The notes beneath the pieces were generated by a model, which had not been told where the DNA came from, did not search any database, and was given only the letters and a program-made list of their open reading frames with translations. Below are positions 54,914-64,000 of a stretch of DNA of 64,000 nucleotides, piece by piece. The translations under genes and the position numbers were made by a program. Position 1 is the first letter of the stretch, and each line of letters starts with the position of its first letter. Source of the stretch: an uncultured Alphaproteobacteria bacterium (GTDB lineage Bacteria > Pseudomonadota > Alphaproteobacteria > HIMB59 > GCA-002718135); contig CACLAN010000002.1 of NCBI GenBank assembly GCA_902604905.1, positions 1,560 to 65,559 on the forward strand. Direction: 5' to 3'.

Positions 54914-55385
54914 GATTAATTTTTTTTATAAAGCATTTAGCATGAACACTTCTATTATTATATTTATAATAATTATGTCTAAAATTTAAAAAAACAAAGT
55001 TGTTTTTTTTGTAAAAACTTATTGCATCTAAATTATCTTCAGCAACTTCAATGAAAATCTGTGAAAATTTAGTTTTATTTGTTTCAACAAAATTTAATAA
55101 TTCTGTCGCAATTTGTTTTCTTCTTTGATCTTTTGATACAAATAAAATATGTAACTCTAAGTCATAATCTTTATCATTTCTAATTGCATCACCAATTAAT
55201 AGTCCTACAAGGTTATTAGCTTTAAAATATCCAAGAGAGTAATTATTAACTTTGTTAAATTGACTTTCAATATTTTTTTTATTCCATCCTATCTTTTTAA
55301 AATAACTGTATTCATCACTATTATCATTCATAAACTTAATGATTGAAGATAGCTCCTCTTTATTTATTAGACTAATAATGTTCAA
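54906..55385 (-). CDS. rimI: GNAT acetyltransferase, RimI-like
   Basis: GNAT-fold motifs (QRRKQIATELL) and the conserved tsaB-rimI adjacency. Confidence 0.75.
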   Translation of the reverse strand: MNIISLINKEELSSIIKFMNDNSDEYSYFKKIGWNKKNIESQFNKVNNYSLGYFKANNLVGLLIGDAIRNDKDYDLELHILFVSKDQRRKQIATELLNFVETNKTKFSQIFIEVAEDNLDAISFYKKNNFVFLNFRHNYYKYNNRSVHAKCFIKKINHE

Positions 55386-55993
55386 TTTAACAATTGATTA
55401 TTTGATATATAAATTGGTTTAATGATAATATTTTTTTTAAAGTTTAAATTATTATAATTTTTATAAAATTCTTCAAAAAAAGAAAAATGAATTTGTTGTA
55501 ATTTATTATTTTCATTAATTTCAGTCTTATTAAAAAGAATTAACTCAATATGTTTTGGAATTGAGAATTTTTTATTTTCAATTTTATTGTACTCCATCAC
55601 GTTATCTTTATTTCTATAACATAAAAATTGCTGATCATTAGATGACGTTATAAATACTCCTAGATTTTTTTTGTAATATTTTTTTGAATTAAAGTTTAAA
55701 ATGTCATCTATAGATAATGGATAATAAGGGATTTTACGAGATATCATAAGACCTGATATAAATGCTGAACCGACTCTTAAACTTGTATAAGACCCAGGGC
55801 CAATTGTTGTGGAAATTTTTTTAAGATTCTTTGTTAAATTTAAACGATTATCTATTGCTATATAAGATTGAATTATATTATCACTCAACCTATCTGTTTC
55901 GTTATGAATAATTTTCTCCTGTAGTATTACTTTGTTGTCATCAATTACACAAAACTCTGGTATTGATGATATAACATCTAGAAATAATAACAT
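55382..55993 (-). CDS. tsaB: tRNA t6A37 biosynthesis protein TsaB
   Basis: YeaZ-like N-terminal fold (GPGSYTSLRVG) upstream of rimI. Confidence 0.8.
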   Translation of the reverse strand: MLLFLDVISSIPEFCVIDDNKVILQEKIIHNETDRLSDNIIQSYIAIDNRLNLTKNLKKISTTIGPGSYTSLRVGSAFISGLMISRKIPYYPLSIDDILNFNSKKYYKKNLGVFITSSNDQQFLCYRNKDNVMEYNKIENKKFSIPKHIELILFNKTEINENNKLQQIHFSFFEEFYKNYNNLNFKKNIIIKPIYISNNQLLN

Positions 55994-57022
55994 ATGAAAT
56001 TACATAACTACATTTTATTGCTGTTTTTAAAAAGTATTTCTTTAACTTTTTTATTAGTAAGTGGAGCTTTTGCAAATGAGGTAAAAAATTCAGCTACTGT
56101 ATTTATGTATCATAAATTTGGAGTTTCAAAATATCCTTCAACTAGTGTTACTATTGATCAACTTAACAGTCACATTGAAGAACTAACTAAAGAAAAATAT
56201 ACGATTAAATCATTAGATTTTATAATTGATACAATTCTTAATGATGGAGATCTTCCAGAAAATACTATTGGTATAAGTGTGGATGATGCTGATAAGTCTT
56301 TTTTAAAAGTTGGATGGCCTCTATTTAAAAAAAATAATATTCCCGTAACCTTATTTGTAACAACAGGAACAATTTCAAATACTCAAAAATATATTAACTG
56401 GGATCAAATAAGAAAACTTAAAGAAGAAGGTGTGGTAATTGGGGCACACTCACATACACATGCTCATATGCCAGATATTAGTATTGAAGAAGTAAGAAAT
56501 GAAATAGAAACATCTAATAAAATTTTTTTAAAAGAGCTTGGAGAAATACCAACTTTATTTGCATTTCCTTATGGTGAGACAACAAATGAAATTATTGAAT
56601 TAGTAAAAGAATATAAGTTTAAAGTTGCATTTGGTCAGCATTCTGGAATAATTAATGAAACTTCAAATATGTATTACCTGCCAAGGTTTTCTCTAAATGA
56701 AAGATATGGTGAAATAGATAGAGTTAAGTTTGCTGCATCATCCAAGGGTTTGGGGGTTTATGACTTTATACCTCAAAATCCAACAATTAAGCAAAACCCT
56801 CCATTCATAGGTTTTTCTCTTCTTGATGATAAGAAGGCCCAATCTCTAGATTGTTTTGTATTTGATAGTAAAGGTCAGGTTGAAAGGGAAATATATAAAT
56901 TTAATGAAAGAATTGAGATAAGACTTGTGAGAGAATTGTCTCGAGGAAGATCAAGAATGAATTGTACTGTTAAAGATGGTGATGGAAATTGGAGATGGTT
57001 TGGGCACCAATTCTACTTTTAA
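55994..57022 (+). CDS. Secreted polysaccharide deacetylase (NodB-homology) family protein
   Basis: Signal peptide, NodB motifs SVDDADKS and HSHTHAH, and an extra C-terminal domain of about 90 aa. Confidence 0.8.
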   Translation: MKLHNYILLLFLKSISLTFLLVSGAFANEVKNSATVFMYHKFGVSKYPSTSVTIDQLNSHIEELTKEKYTIKSLDFIIDTILNDGDLPENTIGISVDDADKSFLKVGWPLFKKNNIPVTLFVTTGTISNTQKYINWDQIRKLKEEGVVIGAHSHTHAHMPDISIEEVRNEIETSNKIFLKELGEIPTLFAFPYGETTNEIIELVKEYKFKVAFGQHSGIINETSNMYYLPRFSLNERYGEIDRVKFAASSKGLGVYDFIPQNPTIKQNPPFIGFSLLDDKKAQSLDCFVFDSKGQVEREIYKFNERIEIRLVRELSRGRSRMNCTVKDGDGNWRWFGHQFYF

Positions 57023-58045
57023 TTAATAAGAAATAATTTTGTGATCAAAAATACTAAAGTTATTAGTTTTAATAACCTGTTTAATTGTTTTAATATAATT
57101 TTCGTCTTCTGCGTAAGTAGATAATCTTTCAACAAGTAAGTTAACATTTGAGAAATTATTTCTTTCTCTCATTATATTTCGGATTTCACGAAAATCTTCA
57201 TATGCATAATGAGAATTAATATTATTAAAATATGAGGTAACACTATTATTATAAGAATTAAACGCTTTAATTAAATGAGTATCACCGTTTTCTCTTTCCA
57301 GTGGGACAACTCCTTTGGTATTATCATACGTGTATTCACCAAATAATGCATTATATTCCTGTGCAAACCTTGACGATCCCCAACCACTTTCAATTGCAGC
57401 TTGAGCTAAAACAATAGAATTTGGAATCATTTCGACTCTCAAAAGAAGTCTATCAATAATTTCCATTTTGTGCTCATTATCGAATTCTATTTTATATTTT
57501 TTAGAAATTTTTCTTAATTGATTTAGTTCATAATTATTAAGTGAATTGTTTTCACTAAGCTTAGAACGTAAATCCATTAGATCTTTTCTATTTGATAAGA
57601 TTTTTTGGTTTTCATTTATAATTAAGGGTAAAACTGTTTTAACAAATTGTTGTTTTTGTTCATTTAAATGCTGAAAGTCTGTTTCAGATAAATTTGTAAC
57701 TAAATTAACTTGTTCATTATTTGCAATACCGGAATATGACTCTGGATTTAGTGGTTTACTTTTAATATTAACTAAAAGTTTTTTTTTCTTTAATTTATTT
57801 AAAATATCGTTTTTTAGAATGTCTTTTTCAGAATAAAGTTTATTAATTGTATATGAATCATAAGTCTTACAATGATTTAGAACAAGCTCATCCAGTTCTG
57901 CATTTAATTTGTATTTAACATCTAGTGTTGATGGTTTTTCCTCAAAGGCAATGGTTGGAATAGCAGCTGCAAGCCCAATGATTAAGATTGGATATAAAAA
58001 AAGTTTATGCATCAATTGGTCTAACTTCTTGGACCTCAGGAACAT
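57023..58045 (-). CDS. Glucosaminidase-domain protein (Bax/FlgJ-C-like N-acetylglucosaminidase)
   Basis: AQAAIESGWGSSRFAQEYNALFG motif of the GH73-type glucosaminidase domain. A more likely start is MHKLFLYPILIIG at 58012, which leaves only an 8-nt overlap with the upstream gene. Confidence 0.8.
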   Translation of the reverse strand: MFLRSKKLDQLMHKLFLYPILIIGLAAAIPTIAFEEKPSTLDVKYKLNAELDELVLNHCKTYDSYTINKLYSEKDILKNDILNKLKKKKLLVNIKSKPLNPESYSGIANNEQVNLVTNLSETDFQHLNEQKQQFVKTVLPLIINENQKILSNRKDLMDLRSKLSENNSLNNYELNQLRKISKKYKIEFDNEHKMEIIDRLLLRVEMIPNSIVLAQAAIESGWGSSRFAQEYNALFGEYTYDNTKGVVPLERENGDTHLIKAFNSYNNSVTSYFNNINSHYAYEDFREIRNIMRERNNFSNVNLLVERLSTYAEDENYIKTIKQVIKTNNFSIFDHKIISY

Positions 58046-58568
58046 AATGCTTGAGCATATTTTCTATTCCCATCTTAAGTGTAGCTGTAGAACTAGGACA
58101 TCCTGAACATGCTCCTTGCATATGCAGATAGACGACTCCGTCCTTAAAACTGTCATAAACAATATCGCCACCGTCCATTGCTACAGCTGGTCTTACCCTT
58201 GTATCAAGAAGTTCTTTAATCTGTTTAACGATCTCTGTATCATTTTCGTCAACTTTTAACGAAGTATCATCATTCTTTTTTTGAGTGTTGATTGTCACAT
58301 CACCAGAATTATAGTGATCCATAATAGATCCTAGAATTAATGGCTTCATAACTTGCCAGTCTAAAGATTGGTTTTTTGTTATAGTAATAAAATCACTGCC
58401 AAAAAATACACCTTCCACACCCTCTAATTCAAATAAACGCTTCGCGAATGGAGAGTTTGATCCTTCTTCAACATTTTGAAAAAAAGCTGTTCCTTCTTCC
58501 ATAACGACTTTACCAGGAAGGAACTTTAAGGTTTGTGGGTTTGGAGTTTGTTCAGTTTGTATAAACAT
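58005..58568 (-). CDS. NifU/Nfu-type iron-sulfur cluster carrier
   Basis: Nfu N-domain MFIQTEQTPNPQTLKFLPG and C-terminal CSGCPSS motif. Confidence 0.9.
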   Translation of the reverse strand: MFIQTEQTPNPQTLKFLPGKVVMEEGTAFFQNVEEGSNSPFAKRLFELEGVEGVFFGSDFITITKNQSLDWQVMKPLILGSIMDHYNSGDVTINTQKKNDDTSLKVDENDTEIVKQIKELLDTRVRPAVAMDGGDIVYDSFKDGVVYLHMQGACSGCPSSTATLKMGIENMLKHYVPEVQEVRPIDA

Positions 58569-58641
58569 ATGCTGTATATATAGTTATTAATATGTCTTTA
58601 GTATGAATTTTATAAAAAAAAATATTAAATTTGGGGAGTTT

Positions 58642-59649
58642 TTATGTCAAAAAACCAATAATTTCTTTCGTTTTTTGTAAAACAGGTTCTGCAACTGAAG
58701 TTGCATTATCTTTTCCGGTATTTAGAACAGAATCGATATACGAAATATCATTCATAAGTTTATTCATTTCACTAGTAATTGGTTCCAATTTTGAGACAGA
58801 TAAATCAGCTAAATCTTTCTTAAAAATAGAGAATTCTTTTCCAGAATATTCATTAATGACAGTTTCAACTGAAGTATCTTTTAGTGAAGCAAATATGGAA
58901 ATCAAATTTTCAGCTTCAGGTCTTTTTTCTAAATCAGTTTTATTTCCGGGAAGTGGTTTTGGATCTGTTTTTGCTTTTCTTATTTTTTGAACAATATTTT
59001 CTGCTGTATCAGTTAACATTATTCTCGAATAATCAGATGGATCAGACTTACTCATTTTTTTTGACCCATCACGAAGACTCATCACTCTTGTTGCTTCACC
59101 AAAAATTAACGGTTCAGGAATGGGGAATAAATCTGTTTTAAAATCATTATTAAATTTTTGTGCTATATCTCTGGTTAGTTCCAAGTGTTGTTTTTGATCA
59201 TCACCAACTGGTACATGAGTGGCCAAATAAATTAAAATATCTGCGGCCATTAAAGTTGGATAGGAAAAAAGACCAACTGATACATTTTCACTGTTCTTCC
59301 CCGCCTTATCTTTAAATTGTGTCATACGGTTTAACCAGCCCATTCTTGCAACACAGTTAAACAACCAACCAAGCTGTGCATGTTGGGGAACTTGTGATTG
59401 TACAAAAATATTATTTTTCTTTGGATCAATACCAGAGGCAATAAAGGCGGCTGTTACTTCTCTAGTTTTATCTGCCAAAACTTTAGGATCTTGCCATACT
59501 GTAATTGCATGTAAATCAACAACACAAAAAAAACATTCATATTCTTTTTGAAGCGTGACAAAATTTTTTATCGCACCAAGATAATTGCCTAAATGTAGAT
59601 CACCGGAAGGTTGTACTCCTGATAAAATTCTTTTAGTTGGCTTATCCAT
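58642..59649 (-). CDS. trpS: Tryptophan--tRNA ligase
   Basis: [10 protein letters not shown] (HIGH-type) and KMSKS motifs; 335 aa. Confidence 0.96.
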   Translation of the reverse strand: MDKPTKRILSGVQPSGDLHLGNYLGAIKNFVTLQKEYECFFCVVDLHAITVWQDPKVLADKTREVTAAFIASGIDPKKNNIFVQSQVPQHAQLGWLFNCVARMGWLNRMTQFKDKAGKNSENVSVGLFSYPTLMAADILIYLATHVPVGDDQKQHLELTRDIAQKFNNDFKTDLFPIPEPLIFGEATRVMSLRDGSKKMSKSDPSDYSRIMLTDTAENIVQKIRKAKTDPKPLPGNKTDLEKRPEAENLISIFASLKDTSVETVINEYSGKEFSIFKKDLADLSVSKLEPITSEMNKLMNDISYIDSVLNTGKDNATSVAEPVLQKTKEIIGFLT

Positions 59650-59650
59650 T

Positions 59651-61198
59651 TTATTTTTTTAAATATTCTCTTAACTGACTAATCGTTAGGACTTTTAACA
59701 CAATTACTAAGACAAAATAAATAATTATAGCTAAAAAGATGATTAGAAGTAAAAGACCTGAGTTTACAAATGTTGAATTCTCAATAATATTATTAAAGAG
59801 GGCTCCGTTTAATACATATATTGCTACAAATAATATGGTGGAATTGATAAATATTTTGAATGAATTCTTAACTAAAATATCATCAAACTGGATAAAGTTT
59901 CTCGTATATAAAAAGACATAGAGTAACAAAGCATTTATCCATGCGCTAATAGCTGTGGCAAGTGCAATCCCCATTTCTCTCATCGATCCAATTAAAAGAA
60001 GCGATAACAGAATATTACTAATCACGCTTACAATTGAGATATAAAGAGGTGTTCTCGTATCCTCTCTTGCAAAGAAGCAGGAAACTAAAACTTTAATTAT
60101 AATGTAAGCAGGTAGACCTAAGGCAAAGTAACTTAATACTTTAGCAGTATAAAAAGTATCTTCTGCTACAAATGCACCTCGTTCAAATAAGATATGAATA
60201 ATAGGTTCAGCTAAAATAAATAATCCTATGGCTGAAGGTAAAGAAATTAATAACGAAAATTCAATAGATCTATTTTGAATATTATTTGTTGTGTCTAAAT
60301 CAGATTGTTTAATGGCTTTTGATAAACTTGGTAAAAGAACAATACCAAGTGCTATTCCAAATATCGCAAGTGGTAATTGGTTAAGACGATCCGCATAATA
60401 AATATGACTGATAGCACCAACGGGTAAAAAAGAAGCAATAATAGTTCCAATAACAATATTTAATTGAATAACACCTGAACCAACAACACCTGGTAAAAAT
60501 AATTTGAAAAACTTTTTTAATTTTTCATTTAAAACTGGAAGGATAATACGTGGTCGATAAAAATTTAAAACCGCTCTGTATAAATATAAAAATTGTAAAA
60601 CTCCTCCTATTAATACACCATACGATAATGCGTGACCTGCAGTAGTTACAGAAGGTGTTAAAAAGAATAATGACAGAATAAAACTTATATTCAAAATGGC
60701 AGGAGCAAATGCACCAGCAGCGAAACGTTCATGAACATTATTAATTGAAGCAAAGTGAGCAGCTAAGGATATAAAAATAATATAGGGGAAAATTATTTTT
60801 CCAAAATGCACAGCAAGTTCATAGGCCTCTTTATTATCCGTGAATCCAGGTGCTAAAACTTGAATGATATAAGGCATTCCAAAGAAGAAAATGATCGTTA
60901 AAATGATCGTAGCAAATAGTAACATTGAGGTCGTGTTTTCAACAAAATCAGAAGCCTCGCGTTCATCTTTTGGATTAAGAACAACACCTGAGAAAACAGG
61001 GATTAATGCAGCACTGTATGCTCCTTCTGCTAGGACACGGCGAAAGAAATTAGGAATACGAAATGCTACGAAGAATGCGTCAGCAATTACTGTCGATCCA
61101 AGATATCTCGCTATTAATATGTCTCGAATAAAACCTAATACTCGACTTAAAAATGTATAGAAGCTGACAGTAAAGAATGATCTAAAAAGACTCTTCAT
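59651..61198 (-). CDS. murJ: Lipid II flippase MurJ (MviN)
   Basis: N-terminus [18 protein letters not shown] and a 14-TM-sized MOP-family protein. Confidence 0.92.
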   Translation of the reverse strand: MKSLFRSFFTVSFYTFLSRVLGFIRDILIARYLGSTVIADAFFVAFRIPNFFRRVLAEGAYSAALIPVFSGVVLNPKDEREASDFVENTTSMLLFATIILTIIFFFGMPYIIQVLAPGFTDNKEAYELAVHFGKIIFPYIIFISLAAHFASINNVHERFAAGAFAPAILNISFILSLFFLTPSVTTAGHALSYGVLIGGVLQFLYLYRAVLNFYRPRIILPVLNEKLKKFFKLFLPGVVGSGVIQLNIVIGTIIASFLPVGAISHIYYADRLNQLPLAIFGIALGIVLLPSLSKAIKQSDLDTTNNIQNRSIEFSLLISLPSAIGLFILAEPIIHILFERGAFVAEDTFYTAKVLSYFALGLPAYIIIKVLVSCFFAREDTRTPLYISIVSVISNILLSLLLIGSMREMGIALATAISAWINALLLYVFLYTRNFIQFDDILVKNSFKIFINSTILFVAIYVLNGALFNNIIENSTFVNSGLLLLIIFLAIIIYFVLVIVLKVLTISQLREYLKK

Positions 61199-61293
61199 AA
61201 GATAGTTTTATAGTTTGAATAGTGATTTGTATAAGTGAATTTTAGGGCCTAATTATGCCCAAAGCTATAACTTGCAGATCTTACCGTTCTTAT

Positions 61294-61311
61294 ATTACAG
61301 ATTTGTTACAG
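61294..61311. promoter_or_regulatory. Pho-box-like 7-4-7 direct repeat (OmpR/PhoB-family operator candidate)
   Basis: The plus strand reads ATTACAG-ATTT-GTTACAG. The minus strand reads CTGTAAC-AAAT-CTGTAAT, compared with the Pho box CTGTCAT-AWAW-CTGTCAY. A TAAGAT hexamer lies 10 nt downstream on the minus strand. Confidence 0.3.
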
Positions 61312-61371
61312 AAGTATTATTTTTTTTTATTTATCTTTCGAATCTAATCTAAAAAAATATAAGATTAAAAA

Positions 61372-62331
61372 ATGGAGTTAACCTTAATTTACACAATAAT
61401 AGGTTTCGGCCTTGCAGCATATTCTGTTATTGCCAATGACTCTGTTCAAACTCTCGGAACATTTATAGCTTCAAACCAACGGTTTAAATGGTACTGGTTA
61501 GCTACTGCTGGCTCTGCTGTACTAGCATTTACTCTTATATATGGATGGACCATTAACGATGGTGATATTACTTTTGGACGTTTAAATAAAATTCCGTATC
61601 AGACTATTCAGTGGTATCATGCTTGTGCTCCATTAATTTTAGTGCTTCTTACAAGAGGTGGAATTCCTGTATCTACTACCTTCTTAGTTTTGTCTGCTTT
61701 TGCATCAACAGTCGTATTAGAAAAAGTTCTGATGAAATCTGTAATTGGATATGGATTAGCAGCAATGATTGCGTATATGGTTTGGATTGGTGTAAGTTAT
61801 TTTATCAATGAAAAATTTGATAAAGTTCAAGAGAAACACAGAAGACCATGGGTAATAGCTCAATGGTGTACAACTGGTTTTCTTTGGTATACTTGGTTAA
61901 GTCATGATATTGCAAACATAGCTGTCTTCCTTCCTCGTGAACTTCCATTAAATTTATTAATAGCAATAATTGCTTTATTAAGTGTTCTTTTATTCTATAT
62001 CTTTTGGGACAGAGGTGGACGTATTCAAAGAGTTGTCTACTCGAAGACTGGTACTCGTTACACTCGTTCAGCAACTATAATAGATTTTGTTTATGCAGTC
62101 ATTCTACTCTACTTTAAGCAATACAATGATATTCCGATGTCAACTACATGGGTCTTTGTTGGTTTACTATGCGGAAGAGAATTAGCAATATCCACAATGA
62201 ATAAAGATTATAAACTTCGCTATGTTTTTCCATTAATTGGAAAAGATTTTCTAAAAATGATTTTTGGATTAACAGTATCTGTTGGAATTGTTTTATCAAT
62301 TCATTATGTTTTGATACCAAACGGTTTTTAA
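61372..62331 (+). CDS. Multi-TM permease, distantly PiT/PHO4-like (putative phosphate or sulfate transporter)
   Basis: About 9-10 TM helices. The N-terminal IANDSVQTLGTFIAS and central SHDIANIAVFLP segments resemble the duplicated (G/H)xNDxAN motifs of PiT-family carriers. The family assignment is tentative. Confidence 0.6.
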   Translation: MELTLIYTIIGFGLAAYSVIANDSVQTLGTFIASNQRFKWYWLATAGSAVLAFTLIYGWTINDGDITFGRLNKIPYQTIQWYHACAPLILVLLTRGGIPVSTTFLVLSAFASTVVLEKVLMKSVIGYGLAAMIAYMVWIGVSYFINEKFDKVQEKHRRPWVIAQWCTTGFLWYTWLSHDIANIAVFLPRELPLNLLIAIIALLSVLLFYIFWDRGGRIQRVVYSKTGTRYTRSATIIDFVYAVILLYFKQYNDIPMSTTWVFVGLLCGRELAISTMNKDYKLRYVFPLIGKDFLKMIFGLTVSVGIVLSIHYVLIPNGF

Positions 62332-62825
62332 AGTTTACCTTTTTTCTTTTTGAGTTCTTTTTTTAATTTAGGCCAATCATTATCACTTAAAATATAGCCT
62401 ACGCAATTTCGAGAGCCGCACTTACAAATGTGATCTACAAAATCTGTATCAAAAGGATAACCATAGTTATAAAAAAGTTCGGCACCTTTTTTTATTTGTT
62501 TAATTGATGAAATCCAAATTTCATTATCTATGATGTCTACTTCACAATTAGGATTACATGAGTGATTAATAAATTTTGCAAAATTATAATTAACATCACC
62601 GTCAATGTCGTATCGCTTGTTTAGTTCAAAAACATAGACCATGCCGTTATTTTTATCTTTTTTTGCTTTACGGATTTGTTTGTCTGCTCTTTTGTCACCC
62701 TCTCTTTTAGTAACTTTATCACCAATATATTGGATTACTTTCTGGCCTTTTTTAATATTAGTTTTTGCAAATAATCCAGAACCGTGAAGGGGTGATTTTT
62801 TTTTAAACCAAATTTTCTGGGTCAT
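62328..62825 (-). CDS. SET-domain protein (putative protein-lysine methyltransferase)
   Basis: GSGLFA, NHSCNPNC and ELFYNYG motifs plus a post-SET CKCGSRNCVG. I chose the start MTQKIWF (62825) rather than the track start at 62948. Confidence 0.85.
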   Translation of the reverse strand: MTQKIWFKKKSPLHGSGLFAKTNIKKGQKVIQYIGDKVTKREGDKRADKQIRKAKKDKNNGMVYVFELNKRYDIDGDVNYNFAKFINHSCNPNCEVDIIDNEIWISSIKQIKKGAELFYNYGYPFDTDFVDHICKCGSRNCVGYILSDNDWPKLKKELKKKKGKL

Positions 62826-62911
62826 ACTGTTATTTTTATACAATACACACATATAATAATAAATTGTATTATAAAATGATACTTTTATGTATAAGAACAA
62901 ATCTTTAATTA

Positions 62912-63724
62912 ATGAAATTTGAAAGTAATAAAAAATTTTACCGCACAATTTGGATTTCGGATACCCATCTAGGAACTAGTGGTTGTAAAAGCAAAATGCT
63001 TTTAGAATTCTTAGAAGAAACAGATTCAGAATATCTATTTTTAGTAGGCGACATTGTTGATGGATGGCGCATGCGTAAGAAAATGTATTGGCCTCAAGAA
63101 CATAATGATGTGGTTCAAAAAGTTTTAAAGAAAGCGAAAAATGGAACTAAAGTAGTGCTTATCCCAGGAAATCATGATGAAGTATTAAAAGATTTTACAA
63201 ATTTTTCCTTTGGAGAAATTTCAATCAAAAATGAAGATACACATCAATTAGCTGATGGAAGGAAAGTACTGATTACACACGGAGATGAATTTGATGCTGT
63301 GATCATTAATGCAAGATGGTTAGCCAAAGTGGGATCAGCACTTTATGAATATTTACTAAAGTTAAATAATGTATTTAATTTTATTCGAAGAAAGATGGGC
63401 TTATCTTACTGGTCACTGTCTCAATATTTAAAAAAGAAAACAAAGCATGCAACGAACTTTATTAGTAACTTTGAGTTTGCTGTATCTGATAGAGCTAGAA
63501 GAGAAAATGCTGATGTTGTTGTGTGCGGGCATATACATAGACCAGAAATAAAAGAATTAAATGGTGTTCTCTATTGTAATGATGGTGACTGGATTGAAAG
63601 TTGCACAGCACTCGTTGAAGATGAAATTGGAAATTTATCTATTCTTAATTGGCCCGAAGAAAGAGAAAAATTAAAATTAATTTCTTTTGAAGAAAGACGA
63701 AAAATAAAAGAGGATGCAGCCTAA
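62912..63724 (+). CDS. plcP: LpxH-like calcineurin-type metallophosphoesterase, PlcP-like phospholipase C candidate
   Basis: Motifs SDTHLG, GDIVDGW, GNHDE and GHIH. It is directly coupled (11-nt overlap) to a GT4 glycosyltransferase, as in the described PlcP-Agt lipid-remodelling pair. Confidence 0.7.
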   Translation: MKFESNKKFYRTIWISDTHLGTSGCKSKMLLEFLEETDSEYLFLVGDIVDGWRMRKKMYWPQEHNDVVQKVLKKAKNGTKVVLIPGNHDEVLKDFTNFSFGEISIKNEDTHQLADGRKVLITHGDEFDAVIINARWLAKVGSALYEYLLKLNNVFNFIRRKMGLSYWSLSQYLKKKTKHATNFISNFEFAVSDRARRENADVVVCGHIHRPEIKELNGVLYCNDGDWIESCTALVEDEIGNLSILNWPEEREKLKLISFEERRKIKEDAA

Positions 63725-64000
63725 AAAAATCGCGTTAATTAGTGATGCGTGGGTTCCTCAGGTAAATGGCGTAGTTACGACATTTCAAAGCGTTATACCT
63801 CTCCTAGAAAAAAAAGGTTTTGAAATTAAAGTATTACATCCTGAGATGTTTAGTAATTTTAGTTATCCTTGGTACAAAGAAATTAAAATTTCTTTCAATA
63901 CTAAAAAAATTACAGAAAAATTTTTTAAAGAATTTAATCCAGATATTGTTCATATAATGACTGAAGGTCCAGTAGGTTTTGCTGGTCGGAAGTACTGTCT
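63714..64000 (+). CDS. GT4-family glycosyltransferase, N-terminal fragment (3' end outside window), Agt-like glycolipid synthase candidate
   Basis: Hand translation: MQPKKIALISDAWVPQVNGVVTTFQSVIPLLEKKGFEIKVLHPE..., a typical GT4 N-terminus. The frame stays open to the window edge. Confidence 0.75.
   Translation, partial: MQPKKIALISDAWVPQVNGVVTTFQSVIPLLEKKGFEIKVLHPEMFSNFSYPWYKEIKISFNTKKITEKFFKEFNPDIVHIMTEGPVGFAGRKYC

Noticed and set aside
61255-61347. 30-codon ORF (MPKAITCRSYRSYITDLLQKYYFFLFIFRI) in the murJ/PiT-like spacer.
   Set aside because: It is short, has no SD or recognisable motif, and ends in a T-run-derived FFLFIF tail. It overlaps the Pho-like repeat, which is the more economical explanation for conservation, if any exists.
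62817-62833. Possible Pho box upstream of plcP (CTGGGTC-ATA-CTGTTAT).
   Set aside because: The half-site spacing is 10 rather than 11 bp, the first half-site is poor, and it overlaps the SET gene start codon. It is not good enough to call without a genome-specific motif.
62826-62948. N-terminal 41-codon extension of the SET-domain ORF (track start at 62948).
   Set aside because: The extension (MCGKIFYYFQISLIKDLFLYIKVSFYNTIYYY...) is junk-like and overlaps the plcP-like start. MTQKIWFKKKSPLHGSGLFA at 62825 matches the normal beginning of a SET core.

Overview
By eye (nothing computed), this is a very AT-rich, extremely gene-dense bacterial chromosome segment. Most gene junctions are 0-30 bp or overlap. 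Gene content and synteny are alphaproteobacterial: ChvG/ChvI-like and RegB/RegA two-component systems, fabA-fabB-fabI, and tsaE-amgK-murU. The style fits a streamlined marine lineage such as SAR11/Pelagibacterales, but this cannot be confirmed without a database search. I support about 66 protein genes, almost all housekeeping. They include a BMP-type nucleoside uptake system and purine PRTase, trpBA-accD-folC, trxA, metK-ahcY, class Ia RNR nrdAB plus a mini-glutaredoxin, and polA. They also include dnaA-dnaN-recF-gyrB, rpsT, mutM, ubiE, coaBC, nusA-infB-rbfA-truB-rpsO-pnp, trmB, lnt-corC-ybeY-phoH-miaB, rimI-tsaB, trpS and murJ. The right edge carries a PlcP-like metallophosphoesterase and a GT4 glycosyltransferase (phosphate-starvation lipid remodelling). 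I found no rRNA, tRNA, CRISPR array, transposase, integrase or long repeat. The five observations most worth a second look are: (1) The trpB locus is a junction between a TrpB2-type 5' end and a TrpB1-type body in different frames, meeting at a UUU_UAA site. (2) An unlisted 42-codon, highly basic ORF with an ArfA-like motif exactly fills the polA/glutaredoxin gap. (3) The mini-glutaredoxin ends with a copy of the NrdB C-terminal FDExF tail. (4) A strong intrinsic terminator hairpin ends 6 nt before the nusA start codon, and rimP is absent from the operon. (5) A Pho-box-like 7-4-7 direct repeat lies beside a PiT-like permease, near a bacterial SET-domain gene and the plcP-agt pair. All functional calls come from motif recognition in the supplied translations, not from searches.
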